DNA of 64,000 nt from Fibrobacteria bacterium (GCA_050294405.1 JBNKOC010000012.1:288001-352000), one strand, 5' to 3'. Positions 19,455-29,716 are shown, numbered from the stretch's first letter. A program made the numbers and translations. Notes: generated by a model not told the origin, from the sequence alone.

Positions 19455-20834
19455 ATGGAGTTTCAAAAAGGTATTCAAATAAAAAAATGGGGGCTACTGG
19501 CCCGGATGGTTTTCTATTCATGCCTGTTTTTAAGTGGAGGGCTGGCAGAAAATAACTCTGAAAAAGATAGCTGGAAAAAAATAGAGAAATTGGAAAAATC
19601 CTATGAGAATGGGGAAGCGTCCCTTGGAGTAGATTTAACTCAAAAAGAAAATTTCACTTTAAGTAACGTTCTAAAACAGGCTTACATACAAAGTCCAGCG
19701 CTAAAAGCCTCGTTTTATGAATGGAAAGCTGCCCTGAATAAATTGCCCATGTCAGGCTCCCTGGAAGACCCCCAATTTAGCTATGTGTATTTTTTGAAAT
19801 CTGTTGAAACCCGAGTGGGCCCTCAAAGGCAAAGGTTTACTTTAATGCAAGCTTTTCCCTGGTTTGGGGTTTTAAGTCTTAAAGAAGATATAGCCTTTGC
19901 CGAATCGGAATTGAAACGAGTTCAGTTTGAAAGAAAATGGCTGGCGCTCTCCCAAAACATAAAAAGGGTTTTTGCAGAATATTATTTGCTGGGAAAAAAA
20001 ATTGATATTCTAAAAGACAAATTCTCTCTATTAGAAAGCCTTCACAGTGCTGCCAGTGCCCAATACTCTGCCGGGGGCGCCATATACAAGAAAATATTAA
20101 TGCTGCAAGTTGAAATGGGAAAACTGGAAAATGATATTGAGTCATTAACATTGGCCAGAGGTCCTCTAAATGATGAATTGGCAAACTTGATGCACACTCC
20201 TTTGGAAGGGCTTTTTCCATTTCCAGATAGCTTGGACCAGGCTTTTGGGCAGCTTCCTGAAAAAGAAAAACTCTGGGAAAAAATCAAAAAAAATAACCCC
20301 AACCTTTCCGAATTATCCCATAAATTAAAAGGTTTTCAACTTGAGGAACGGTTGTTAAAGAAAAGCTACTACCCTAACTTCAAATTAGGAGTGGATTGGG
20401 TGCAAACAGATAAAAGTCCCATGGATGTTAATGATAACGGCAAGGACCCTCTTATGTTAATGGCCACGGTTAACATCCCCCTTCAGCTTTCTTCAAAAAG
20501 CCACGGGGTGAAAATGGCCCAAGCCAAGCAAAAGGCCGTTCACTATATGAATGTAAATATGGAATCAGAACTAAAAACCGCCCTTTCAAAAATTTTGTTT
20601 AAATACGAAGATACAGTCCGGAAAAGTGAACTATACAAACAATCTCTAATCCCCATTGCAGAGCAATCACTGTGGGTGCTTCAAACGGAGTTTAAAACTG
20701 GGGATGCCAGTTTTTTGGAAATGATTGAGGGAGAAAGAGAGCTTTTAAAATTTGAGTTTGAATACCAGGAATCTTTAAAAAATCTGGTACTGTATTGGGC
20801 CGAACTGGAATACCTAACCGGAGAAAGTTTATGA
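19455..20834 (+). CDS. TolC/CusC-family outer-membrane efflux channel
   Basis: VETRVGPQ, QAFPWFG, YYPNFKLG, helical repeats; first gene of the RND operon. Confidence 0.9.
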   Translation: MEFQKGIQIKKWGLLARMVFYSCLFLSGGLAENNSEKDSWKKIEKLEKSYENGEASLGVDLTQKENFTLSNVLKQAYIQSPALKASFYEWKAALNKLPMSGSLEDPQFSYVYFLKSVETRVGPQRQRFTLMQAFPWFGVLSLKEDIAFAESELKRVQFERKWLALSQNIKRVFAEYYLLGKKIDILKDKFSLLESLHSAASAQYSAGGAIYKKILMLQVEMGKLENDIESLTLARGPLNDELANLMHTPLEGLFPFPDSLDQAFGQLPEKEKLWEKIKKNNPNLSELSHKLKGFQLEERLLKKSYYPNFKLGVDWVQTDKSPMDVNDNGKDPLMLMATVNIPLQLSSKSHGVKMAQAKQKAVHYMNVNMESELKTALSKILFKYEDTVRKSELYKQSLIPIAEQSLWVLQTEFKTGDASFLEMIEGERELLKFEFEYQESLKNLVLYWAELEYLTGESL

Positions 20835-22753
20835 AAAAGTCACATATGCCCTTAGGGACAAAAATCCTATTGTTGTTACTGTTGGTATTGGCCGCCTTCT
20901 GGATTGGCAAAGGAGTTGGCGGAAAAAAGAATCCAAATAATTCCGCGGCTCAAGTCGAGCACGGCCACGGCAAAGAAGAAATATGGACTTGCTCCATGCA
21001 CCCGCAAATACGCATGCCTAAACCGGGCAAATGCCCTATTTGCGGAATGGATTTGATTGTGCAAACAGAAGAGGATGGCGATGGAGCGAGCCCCAACCAG
21101 CTATCCATGTCAGAAGCTGCGGCTGCCCTTGCTAACATCGAGACCCAGGAGGTAGAGCGAAAGTGGGTGCAAAAAGAAATACGCATGGTGGGAAAAATTG
21201 ATTACGATGAAAGCCGTCTTAAAGTTATAACCGCCCGGGTGGGAGGGCGTCTGGACAGGCTCTTTGTGGACTATACCGGCATCTCCATAAAAAAGGGAGA
21301 TCATTTAGTAAGCCTTTACAGTCCCGAACTCTATGCAGCCCAGGAGGAACTCATACAAGCTTTGAACCGCCTTCAGGCAATGCCTGAAGGGCAAAGCGGC
21401 GTCCTTCAACAAACCACAAAAGCAATGGTAACAGCTGCCAGGGAAAAGCTCAAGCAATGGGGGTTAACATCGGGCCAGATTTCTGAAATAGAATCCCGCA
21501 AAATCCCCGAAGATCATTTGACCATGTACTCTCCCATATCCGGCATTGTCATTGAAAAATCAGCTGTGGAAGGAAATTATGTTAAAACAGGAACTGCCAT
21601 ATATAAAATTGCGGATTTATCTTCGGTGTGGGTTTTGTTTGACGCTTATGAATCGGATATTTCCTGGCTGCGATTTGGCCAAAAGGTGGAGTTTACTGTG
21701 GAAGCTTATCCCGGGGAAAAATTCGAGGGGCGCATTGGTTTTATCGATCCCATTTTAAATCCCATGACCAGAACCATCAAACTCAGGGTCAATGTGGAAA
21801 ATCCAAATAATAAATTAAAACCGGATATGTATGTGAGGGGAAATGTGCTGGCAAGCCTGACTCCGGAAGGAGGGATCGTGGATGATTACCTGGCGGGAAA
21901 ATGGATAAGCCCTATGCATCCGGAAGTAATAAGTTCCAAACCGGGCAATTGTACCGTGTGCGGGATGAAGTTGGTAAAGGCTTCAAGTTTGGGCTTTGTA
22001 AGCGGAAATAGCGCTAAGGAAATCCCTTTGGTAATCCCGCAAACCGCAGCCTTAATCACAGGAAAAAGAGCCGTGGTATATGTTGCCTTGCCCGGGGATA
22101 AACCGCTTTTTGAAGGGCGGGAAGTGGTGTTGGGCCCCAAAGTTGGAGATTATTACATCGTGGTTTCCGGTCTTTCGGAGGGGGAAAAAGTGGTAAAACG
22201 CGGCGCATTTAAAATTGATAGCGAATTACAAATTAGAGCGAAAAAAAGTATGATGAACCCGGATAATGTATCTGACAAAAATGCCGGAATGGATAAAAAG
22301 GAAGGTGTTGAAAAAAACATAAACATTCCCGAAAAATCCGTCCAAACCCTTGTCCCGGCCTATTTGGGTTGGCAACATGCACTGTTTAAAGATCAATTAA
22401 AAGAAGCTATTGAAAGTAAGAAACAATTAATTGAAAAGGCGAAAGCTCTAATGAAGGAACTCCACGGCGCCAAATCTCCTGAGGCCTCCATTAAATGGAT
22501 ACATGATTTTTTGGATATATTAGGGGGGACTGGAGATAAAAACCTGGAAGCACAGCGCAGAGGTTTTTTTAAGGTATCTAATAGTCTCATTGAAATATCG
22601 GGTTCAAATAGTTGGAGGGATAAATACTTTCGCATACATTGCCCCATGGCTTTTGATGGAGAAGGGGCAGATTGGCTGCAGGAAGGTGAAAATGTGCGTA
22701 ATCCCTATTTTGGTAAAAAAATGCCCAGTTGCGGATCGGTTGTAAAGGAATAA
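20831..22753 (+). CDS. cusB: CusB-family RND periplasmic adaptor with two heavy-metal-binding domains and a C-terminal CPMA domain
   Basis: WTCSMHPQI...CPICGMDL; PMHPEV...CTVCGMKL; LYSPELYAAQEE; HCPMAF...NPYFG...CG. Confidence 0.9.
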   Translation: MKKSHMPLGTKILLLLLLVLAAFWIGKGVGGKKNPNNSAAQVEHGHGKEEIWTCSMHPQIRMPKPGKCPICGMDLIVQTEEDGDGASPNQLSMSEAAAALANIETQEVERKWVQKEIRMVGKIDYDESRLKVITARVGGRLDRLFVDYTGISIKKGDHLVSLYSPELYAAQEELIQALNRLQAMPEGQSGVLQQTTKAMVTAAREKLKQWGLTSGQISEIESRKIPEDHLTMYSPISGIVIEKSAVEGNYVKTGTAIYKIADLSSVWVLFDAYESDISWLRFGQKVEFTVEAYPGEKFEGRIGFIDPILNPMTRTIKLRVNVENPNNKLKPDMYVRGNVLASLTPEGGIVDDYLAGKWISPMHPEVISSKPGNCTVCGMKLVKASSLGFVSGNSAKEIPLVIPQTAALITGKRAVVYVALPGDKPLFEGREVVLGPKVGDYYIVVSGLSEGEKVVKRGAFKIDSELQIRAKKSMMNPDNVSDKNAGMDKKEGVEKNINIPEKSVQTLVPAYLGWQHALFKDQLKEAIESKKQLIEKAKALMKELHGAKSPEASIKWIHDFLDILGGTGDKNLEAQRRGFFKVSNSLIEISGSNSWRDKYFRIHCPMAFDGEGADWLQEGENVRNPYFGKKMPSCGSVVKE

Positions 22754-22763
22754 GAGGCCTAAT

Positions 22764-25700
22764 ATGGAACCCTTGGATTTAAAAGACGCATCCGCCATTA
22801 ACAGGTTAATTGGCTGGTGTATGCAGAACAAATTGGTTGTGACTCTGGTTTTTCTGGGTTTTTTAACAGCGGGAATTATTGTGGCTCCCTTCGATTGGGA
22901 AATTCCCGGATTAATTCGAAGTCCAGTAGCAGTGGACGCCATACCTGATATAGGTGAAAACCAGCAGATTATTTTTACTCCCTGGCCTGGAAGAAGTCCC
23001 CAGGATGTGGAAGACCAGGTGGGTTACCCCTTAACTGTGGCTTTGCTGGGAGTACCTGGCGTAAAAACAGTGCGAAGTTACTCTATGTTTGGTTTTTCCT
23101 CCATCTATGTTATCTTCAAAGAGAAGGTCGATTTTTACTGGTCCCGTTCCAGACTTTTGGAAAAGCTGAGCAGCCTTCCCATGGGAACCCTCCCCGACGG
23201 AGTAAAACCCATGTTAGGTCCGGATGCCACCGCATTAGGCCAAGTGTATTGGTATACCCTGGAGGGCAGGGACGAACAAGGAAATCCCACCGGCGGATGG
23301 GACTTACAGGAACTGCGCTCCATACAGGATTGGAAAGTACGTTACTCTTTGCTCTCTGCCGATGGAGTGGCGGAGGTGGCTTCCATTGGAGGCTTTGTGA
23401 AGGAATACCAAATAGATGTTAACCCGGAAGCCATGAGGGCCTATAACATCGGGTTAGAACAGATATACAATGCCGTTAAAATGTCTAACCTGGATGTCGG
23501 CGCCCGTACCATTGAAATTAACAACGTGGAGTATGTTATTCGTGGAATCGGCTTTATTAAATCCGTAGAAGATATTGAAAAAGTTGTGCTAAAGGTAGTC
23601 GAAGGCGTTCCGGTGCGGGTAAAAGACATTGCCCATGTAAATCTGGGCCCTGCTATGAGGCGAGGGGTATTGGATAAAGAAGGCAATGAAGCAGTGGGAG
23701 GAGTGGTTGTGACCCGCTATGGGGCCAACCCTCTTCAGACCATAAAAAATGTGAAGCAAAAAATACAGGAAATTGAAACATCCCTGCCTAAAAAAACGCT
23801 GGAGGATGGCCGAATATCCCATGTTAAAATTGTTCCCTTTTACGATAGAACAGGGTTAATCCACGAAACATTGGGTACCTTGAATACGGCCTTGACCGAT
23901 GAAATGATTTTCACCATCATCGTTATTTTGTTTATGGTAATGCATTTGAGAAGTTCCCTTTTGGTTTCTTCCCTAATGCCTGCCGCCGTGCTTGTGACAT
24001 TTATAGGGATGAAATTTTTTAAGATTGAAGCAAATATTGTGGCTTTATCCGGGATTGCTATTGCCATTGGAACTATTGTGGAAGTTGGAGTGGTATTGTG
24101 CGAAAACATGTTGCAACACATGGCCCGGGCAAAACCAGAAGATAGCCTTTTGAAAACATTGTATACGGCCACTGCAGAAGTAAGCGGAGCTGTGTTTACG
24201 GCGGTGGCAACCACTGTTGTGGGATTTCTTCCGGTATTTTTTATGGAAGGGCCGGAGGGCAGATTGTTCAAACCACTTGCCTATACAAAGACTATGGCGT
24301 TGATGGCTTCCATAGTTTTGACTTTAACCGTACTTCCCGCTTATGCCCATTGGCTTTTCGGATTAAAAATCCATCGAAAAAAGTTTATCTATTTATGGCT
24401 TATGTTGCTTGGACTGGCAGGCCTGGTAATCGCAATTGTGTACTCTTTTTGGATAGGGTTGTTACTCATATTCCTGGCATTACTCAGTGTTTTAAAACAC
24501 GGCAAATGGGATATTCCCTACATTAAATCTGCAAAAACCGGGAATTATGTTATTATTGCCGGAGTGGTGCTTTTGTTGGCGGAGCACTGGCTTCCTTTAG
24601 GGCCCGAAAAGGGGTATTTTAGAAATTTTTTATTTGTAGCAATTATGGTGGTGGGCATACTGGGCTCCCTGCATTTGTTGCAAGTGAAATATTTAGACTT
24701 GCTTAAAATATTTTTAAACCACAAAAAGAAATTTTTATTGGCTCCGGCTATTACTGTATTTCTTGGCCTTATGATATGGCTGGGGGCAGGCAAGGTTTTC
24801 TTTTGGCTGCCAAAATCTGTACATAACTACTCCTGGTTTCAGTCTGTGCAAAAGGAATTTCCAGGTATTGGAAAAGAGTTTATGCCGGATTTAGATGAGG
24901 GTTCCTTTTTGTTTATGCCTACAACTATGACTCACGCATCCTTGGGGGAGGCTTATGATATCCTCCAAACTCAAGACAAACTCATTCAGTCTGTTCCGGA
25001 AGTGGAAAGTGTGGTGGGAAAATTAGGCCGTGCTGAAACTCCACTTGACCCGGCCCCCATATCCATGTTTGAAACCATTGTTAATTACAAGTCCGAATAC
25101 AAATTAGATGAACATGGTAATCGGATAAGGTTTCAATATGACAAACTTAAAGGGGAATATAAAAGGGACTCAAATGGAGAATTGATCCCGGACAAAGATG
25201 GGAGGCCTTATAGACAATGGCGGCCTAATATCCATAGCATCCAGGACATATGGGATGAAATTGTAAAAGTATCCAAGCTCACAGGAGTTACATCGGCTCC
25301 AAAGCTTCAACCCATTAAGGCGAGGATCGTGATGTTGCAAAGCGGTATGCGGGCCCCTATGGGAGTCAAGGTTTTCGGTTCCAGCCTTGAAAATATTGAA
25401 AGAGTGGGAATAGAAATTGAAAAAATATTAAAAACAGTCCCTTCTATTGAGCCAAGCTCCGTGGTGGCAGATAGAATAGTGGGCAAACCCTATTTGCAAA
25501 TTGAAATAGACAGGGATGCTATTGCCCGTTATGGATTACATATTCAAACCGTTCAAAATGTGATTGAAGTGGCCATTGGCGGAAAGCCCTTAATGTCCAG
25601 TGTGGAAGGACGGGAGCGTTACCCGGTTAGAGTGCGTTACCAAAGGGAGCTTAGAAACTCTTTGGAGGAATTGCAAAAAATTGTAGTTCCCACTTCCTCA

Positions 25701-26540
25701 GGCACACAAATTCCCATTACCCAACTGGCTAAAATTGAATATGTAAAAGGGCCGCAGGTCATTAAAAGCGAAGACACCTTTCTTATCGGCTATGTTGTTT
25801 TCGATAAGAAGCCCCAGTATGCTGAGGTGGATGTGGTTCATAGCGCTCAAAAAGTATTACAGTCCCAGGTCGAGAAGGGCTTTTTAAATTTAAATGGAGC
25901 CCATTATAAATTTGCAGGAAACTATGAAAATCAAATCAGAAGCGAAAAACGCATGATGTTAGTTTTGCCTCTTGCGCTATTCCTTATTTTATTGCTCATA
26001 TATTTTGAGTTTAAGCGGATTCCCACTACCCTTTTGGTTTTTTCAGGTGTGTTTGTGGCCTGGTCCGGCGGGTTTATTATGATGTATTTGTATTCAAAAT
26101 CCTGGTTTCTGGACTTTGCGGTACTTGGAACTTCTATGAGGGATTTATTTCAGATACATACTCTTAATTTAAGCATAGCCGTTTGGGTGGGTTTTTTGGC
26201 TTTATTTGGCGTGGCTACAGACGATGGGGTAGTGATGACGACCTATTTGGACCAAAGTTTTAAAGATAAGAAGCCACGCAACATCGCTGAAATTCGGGAA
26301 TGGACTCTTAAAGCGGCTTCCAGAAGGATTCGACCCGCACTAATGACTGTTTCTACCATTTTGTTAGCCCTTATTCCCATTTTAACTTCCACAGGAAAGG
26401 GATCAGATGTTATGGTCCCTATGGCTATACCTTCTTTTGGAGGCATGTCGGTTGTCCTTATCACTGTGTTTGTGGTGCCTGTAATATACTGCGCCCTTGA
26501 GGAACGTAAATTTTTAAAAGGACAAAAAAGAAAATCATAG
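22764..26540 (+). CDS. cusA: CusA/CzcA-family heavy-metal RND permease (long form)
   Basis: VDAIPDIGENQQI, GRSPQDVE, GPDATALGQV, EFMPDLDEG, RIRPALMT, PMAIPSFGG. Confidence 0.93.
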   Translation: MEPLDLKDASAINRLIGWCMQNKLVVTLVFLGFLTAGIIVAPFDWEIPGLIRSPVAVDAIPDIGENQQIIFTPWPGRSPQDVEDQVGYPLTVALLGVPGVKTVRSYSMFGFSSIYVIFKEKVDFYWSRSRLLEKLSSLPMGTLPDGVKPMLGPDATALGQVYWYTLEGRDEQGNPTGGWDLQELRSIQDWKVRYSLLSADGVAEVASIGGFVKEYQIDVNPEAMRAYNIGLEQIYNAVKMSNLDVGARTIEINNVEYVIRGIGFIKSVEDIEKVVLKVVEGVPVRVKDIAHVNLGPAMRRGVLDKEGNEAVGGVVVTRYGANPLQTIKNVKQKIQEIETSLPKKTLEDGRISHVKIVPFYDRTGLIHETLGTLNTALTDEMIFTIIVILFMVMHLRSSLLVSSLMPAAVLVTFIGMKFFKIEANIVALSGIAIAIGTIVEVGVVLCENMLQHMARAKPEDSLLKTLYTATAEVSGAVFTAVATTVVGFLPVFFMEGPEGRLFKPLAYTKTMALMASIVLTLTVLPAYAHWLFGLKIHRKKFIYLWLMLLGLAGLVIAIVYSFWIGLLLIFLALLSVLKHGKWDIPYIKSAKTGNYVIIAGVVLLLAEHWLPLGPEKGYFRNFLFVAIMVVGILGSLHLLQVKYLDLLKIFLNHKKKFLLAPAITVFLGLMIWLGAGKVFFWLPKSVHNYSWFQSVQKEFPGIGKEFMPDLDEGSFLFMPTTMTHASLGEAYDILQTQDKLIQSVPEVESVVGKLGRAETPLDPAPISMFETIVNYKSEYKLDEHGNRIRFQYDKLKGEYKRDSNGELIPDKDGRPYRQWRPNIHSIQDIWDEIVKVSKLTGVTSAPKLQPIKARIVMLQSGMRAPMGVKVFGSSLENIERVGIEIEKILKTVPSIEPSSVVADRIVGKPYLQIEIDRDAIARYGLHIQTVQNVIEVAIGGKPLMSSVEGRERYPVRVRYQRELRNSLEELQKIVVPTSSGTQIPITQLAKIEYVKGPQVIKSEDTFLIGYVVFDKKPQYAEVDVVHSAQKVLQSQVEKGFLNLNGAHYKFAGNYENQIRSEKRMMLVLPLALFLILLLIYFEFKRIPTTLLVFSGVFVAWSGGFIMMYLYSKSWFLDFAVLGTSMRDLFQIHTLNLSIAVWVGFLALFGVATDDGVVMTTYLDQSFKDKKPRNIAEIREWTLKAASRRIRPALMTVSTILLALIPILTSTGKGSDVMVPMAIPSFGGMSVVLITVFVVPVIYCALEERKFLKGQKRKS

Positions 26541-26579
26541 TTAGATGTTTATGAAAAACCACAACGAAAAGGAGAAAAA

Positions 26580-26948
26580 ATGAAATATTTAATTGTAAGC
26601 CTGTTTTGGATAGCCGCTTCCTTCGCCAGCGATGGCGGGCATGAGGGCCATAAGTCCGCAATGCAAACAGTTACCGGAGAAGTCATGGATTTAACCTGTT
26701 ATATGGCTCATCCGGAAAATGGCAAAGGAAAAGACCATGCCGGTTGCGCTAAAAAATGTATTCAAAAAGGTATGCCTGTAGGGATTTTAACCTCTGATGG
26801 AAAACTGTATGTGGCCGGCGACGCTAATCATAAAGCCCCTAACGATATGTTAGCTGAACATGCCGGTAAAACGGTTACGGCTATGGGAGAAGTAAAAGAA
26901 ATGAATGGCGTTAAAATGCTGTTAATAAAAAAATTGGTTTCTAAATAA
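26580..26948 (+). CDS. Small secreted His/Cys/Met-rich protein
   Basis: Signal peptide; GHEGH, VTGEVMDLTCYMAH, HAGCAKKCI. Confidence 0.8.
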   Translation: MKYLIVSLFWIAASFASDGGHEGHKSAMQTVTGEVMDLTCYMAHPENGKGKDHAGCAKKCIQKGMPVGILTSDGKLYVAGDANHKAPNDMLAEHAGKTVTAMGEVKEMNGVKMLLIKKLVSK

Positions 26949-27697
26949 TGAAAAAAATTTGGTTTGCGATTCCCGGCGCAGCTTTTTTAGCGTTAATGTT
27001 AATGTCTGTGTTTTCCTGGGTTCGTGAACCATATCAAACATTTGCCATCCAAGGCAAGGAAATTGCTGCAAATTTGGGTTGTTTTGCCTGCCACGGAGAG
27101 GGCGGTACTAGCGGAATACCAAATGTTGGCGGTGGAGAAGGAGATGTCCCCCAATGGAGCGGGGGTACTTCAATGATGTATCTTAATTCCGATGCGGATA
27201 TCGAATCCTATATATTAAAAGGGCATGGAGCAAGCGAAAAGTCAGTATCGAAAGGGTTGATGCAAATGCCGGCTTATGAGGGGGTTGTTTCTGACAATGA
27301 ATTGATGAAATTGGTCGCCTATGTAAAAGCGGTATCTAATTTTTATCCGGAAATGCCAGCAGAGGCAAGAAAAGGATATGAAGTAGGCAAAAAACTGGGT
27401 TGCTTTGGCTGTCATGGCCCTTCGGGAATGGGTGGAATAAAGAATTATGGTTCCTTCAAGGCTGTTATTCCTGCCTTGTATGGAAAGGATTTTGAAGAAT
27501 TGTGTAAAAACGAAGAAGAGATAAAACGCTGGATATTGGAGGGAAAGATAGACAGGTTTCAAAATAATTCTGTAGCGATGTATTTTATCAATCGGCAAAA
27601 AATTAAAATGCCGGCATACAAGAATTATATCGCAGAAAATGAATTGTCGGAATTATTGAATTTTATTCGTTGGCTGAATTTAAAAGGCAAAATTTAG
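26948..27697 (+). CDS. Membrane-anchored diheme cytochrome c
   Basis: GCFACHG and GCFGCHG, each followed by MPAY (Met axial ligand); TAATG overlap with the upstream gene. Confidence 0.88.
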   Translation: MKKIWFAIPGAAFLALMLMSVFSWVREPYQTFAIQGKEIAANLGCFACHGEGGTSGIPNVGGGEGDVPQWSGGTSMMYLNSDADIESYILKGHGASEKSVSKGLMQMPAYEGVVSDNELMKLVAYVKAVSNFYPEMPAEARKGYEVGKKLGCFGCHGPSGMGGIKNYGSFKAVIPALYGKDFEELCKNEEEIKRWILEGKIDRFQNNSVAMYFINRQKIKMPAYKNYIAENELSELLNFIRWLNLKGKI

Positions 27698-27793
27698 GGA
27701 CTTCCACCCTCAAAAAGCCCAAAAAATATGGGATAAGAAGGGGTGTATGCTTCCAGAGGGGTTTTTAATTAGATTTGCCCTAGGAGGGAAATT

Positions 27794-28354
27794 ATGTTCC
27801 AATTGATTGTGTCCGAGCCCTGGCCCTGGTATGTTGCGGGTCCGTTGGTGTCTATTACCATGTTTAGCCTGGTTTACTTTGGAAAAAAATTTGGGGTGTC
27901 TTCTAACTTCAGAACCATGTGCTCCATTTTGGGGGCGGGAAAAAAACTCAAATATTTTAACAACAATTGGAAGGGCCAATTGTGGAACCTGGCTTTTTTA
28001 TTAGGACTACTATTGGGAGGTTTTATAGCTTCCCGTTTTTTAATGCATACATCGGTAAATAAAGTTTCCCTTTCTACTATGGCGGATTTAAAAGACATTG
28101 GCGTTGCCGTCACACAAAGTTATTTGCCGGATTACTTGACTTTTTCCAACGGATTTAATTTTAAACCTTTGCTGATTTTGCTGGGCGGAGGCTTTTTAGT
28201 GGGTTTTGGAACCCGGTGGGCGGATGGCTGTACCTCAGGCCATGGCATATATGGTTTATCCAACCTGCAATTGCCTTCTCTTATTGCTGTAATTGGATTT
28301 TTTATTGGCGGTTTGTTAATGACCTTTTTTGGATTGCCTTTAATTTTGGGTTAG
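27794..28354 (+). CDS. YeeE/YedE-family sulfur-compound transporter subunit
   Basis: PWPWYVAG, FGVSS, GFGTRWADGCTSGHG. Confidence 0.9.
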   Translation: MFQLIVSEPWPWYVAGPLVSITMFSLVYFGKKFGVSSNFRTMCSILGAGKKLKYFNNNWKGQLWNLAFLLGLLLGGFIASRFLMHTSVNKVSLSTMADLKDIGVAVTQSYLPDYLTFSNGFNFKPLLILLGGGFLVGFGTRWADGCTSGHGIYGLSNLQLPSLIAVIGFFIGGLLMTFFGLPLILG

Positions 28355-28363
28355 GAAAAAATA

Positions 28364-28777
28364 ATGAAGTATTTGAAATATATGCTGTTGGGAATTTTTT
28401 TTGGTATTGTTTTAACAAAAGCTGAAATTGTTTCCTGGTTTCGTATTCAGGAAATGTTTCGCTTTCAATCCTTTCACATGTATGGCGTGCTAGGTTCGGC
28501 GGTGGGCCTGGGTATTATTGGCAGGTTTCTTATTCAAAAGCTAAAACCCAATTCTCTTTACGGAAAACCTATGGCATTTTTTCCTAAGGAACCGGGTTGG
28601 AAAAATTACCTTCTGGGTGGCGCTTTGTTTGGAATGGGCTGGGCTTTGGTGGGGGCCTGCCCTGGGCCCATTGTAGTTTTAATTGGCAATGGTTATTTGT
28701 CCATGCTGCTGGCTTTGGCAGGGGCCCTATTGGGTGTATATGCGTATGGAGCTTTGCGCCACAAACTTCCTCATTAA
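28364..28777 (+). CDS. YeeE/YedE-family transporter partner subunit
   Basis: SWFRIQEMFRFQSFHMYG, FGMGWALVGACPGP. Confidence 0.9.
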   Translation: MKYLKYMLLGIFFGIVLTKAEIVSWFRIQEMFRFQSFHMYGVLGSAVGLGIIGRFLIQKLKPNSLYGKPMAFFPKEPGWKNYLLGGALFGMGWALVGACPGPIVVLIGNGYLSMLLALAGALLGVYAYGALRHKLPH

Positions 28778-29020
28778 ACTCTAACGATGTATAAAAATGG
28801 AGATGAGTTTCCATAAGACTTTCTTATATAGTAACTTACAGAGCTCTCTATCCATGTCCGGGTTTTCACTCTCGGTGAAATTTGAACGATGTATGTTTTT
28901 ATCGCCATTTTCGCTCCATTAGGGTAAAGATAAAAAAATGGGTCTGGCGCTTTTATTTGTAATGGGAAGCAGGTAAATTAATAGGGAGTAGGAATCCACT
29001 AAAAAAATTGGGAGGCCAAA

Positions 29021-29461
29021 ATGAAATTCTCCTTGAAAAAAACATTAATTGCCTTTTTTTTGTTATTGCTTTTAGCTCAACTGATTCGGCCTGATAAAGC
29101 AAATCCGCCAGTAAATTCAGAAGAAAGTTTTTCAGAAGATAGCGAACTGACTGCTGTTTTTAAGCGGGCTTGTTACGATTGCCATTCTTCAGAAACTCGT
29201 TATCCCTGGTATAGTAATATCGCACCTGTAAGCTGGATGCTTTCCCATCATGTGCAAGAAGGCCGGGAGCACCTCAACTTTTCTATTTGGAATAAACTTC
29301 CCGAAAAGAAAAAGGAAAAACTTCGGGAAGAAATATGGGAGGAAATCGAAGAGGGTGAAATGCCCATGAAGGGTTATGTTTTACTTCATAAGGAAGCCAA
29401 ATTGACTTCCCAGGACTTGGAAAAAATTAAAAGCTGGTCTGCTGAAGAAAAGGCTAACTGA
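29021..29461 (+). CDS. Monoheme haem-binding-domain cytochrome c
   Basis: ACYDCHS...YPWYS...APVSW...GREHLNFS...EMP. Confidence 0.9.
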   Translation: MKFSLKKTLIAFFLLLLLAQLIRPDKANPPVNSEESFSEDSELTAVFKRACYDCHSSETRYPWYSNIAPVSWMLSHHVQEGREHLNFSIWNKLPEKKKEKLREEIWEEIEEGEMPMKGYVLLHKEAKLTSQDLEKIKSWSAEEKAN

Positions 29462-29594
29462 AAAAGCTTTGGTAATAGTGGAGGGCTGGAAGGGCGATGC
29501 CGGCAATGCCAGCCACAATCATGCTGCAAAAAACTAAAATTTCGGCTTTGCTGAAGCTTTTTACAAGACTTTTAAATGAATTTTCAGGTACCAC
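29454..29594 (-). CDS. 46-aa single-TM peptide resembling a type IV prepilin N-terminus
   Basis: GTG start at 29594 after AAAGGAG RBS, downstream of a sigma54 promoter; MVPENSFKSLVKS-FSKAEILVFCSMIVAGIAGIALPALHYYQSFFS. Confidence 0.6.
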   Translation of the reverse strand: MVPENSFKSLVKSFSKAEILVFCSMIVAGIAGIALPALHYYQSFFS

Positions 29595-29624
29595 AGCTTT
29601 CTCCTTTGTTTGGTTATTGAAGTT

Positions 29625-29640
29625 TGCAAGTTTTGTGCCA
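29625..29640 (-). promoter_or_regulatory. Sigma54 (-24/-12) promoter
   Basis: Minus strand reads TGGCAC-AAAAC-TTGCA. Confidence 0.8.
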
Positions 29641-29683
29641 GGCATTTAATGAGGAGTTTCCCTAAAACCAGCAAGTCAAAATC

Positions 29684-29716
29684 TGACATTTTGACAAGTG
29701 ACAGGTAATTTTGACA
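29684..29716. promoter_or_regulatory. Degenerate paired TGTCA-N3-TGACA-type sites
   Basis: TGACA-TTT-TGACA (29684-29696) and GGTAA-TTT-TGACA (29704-29716). Confidence 0.45.

Noticed and set aside
29595..29645. ATG start at 29645 for the small minus-strand ORF
   Set aside because: No RBS, and it lies upstream of the sigma54 promoter; GTG 29594 has a proper RBS
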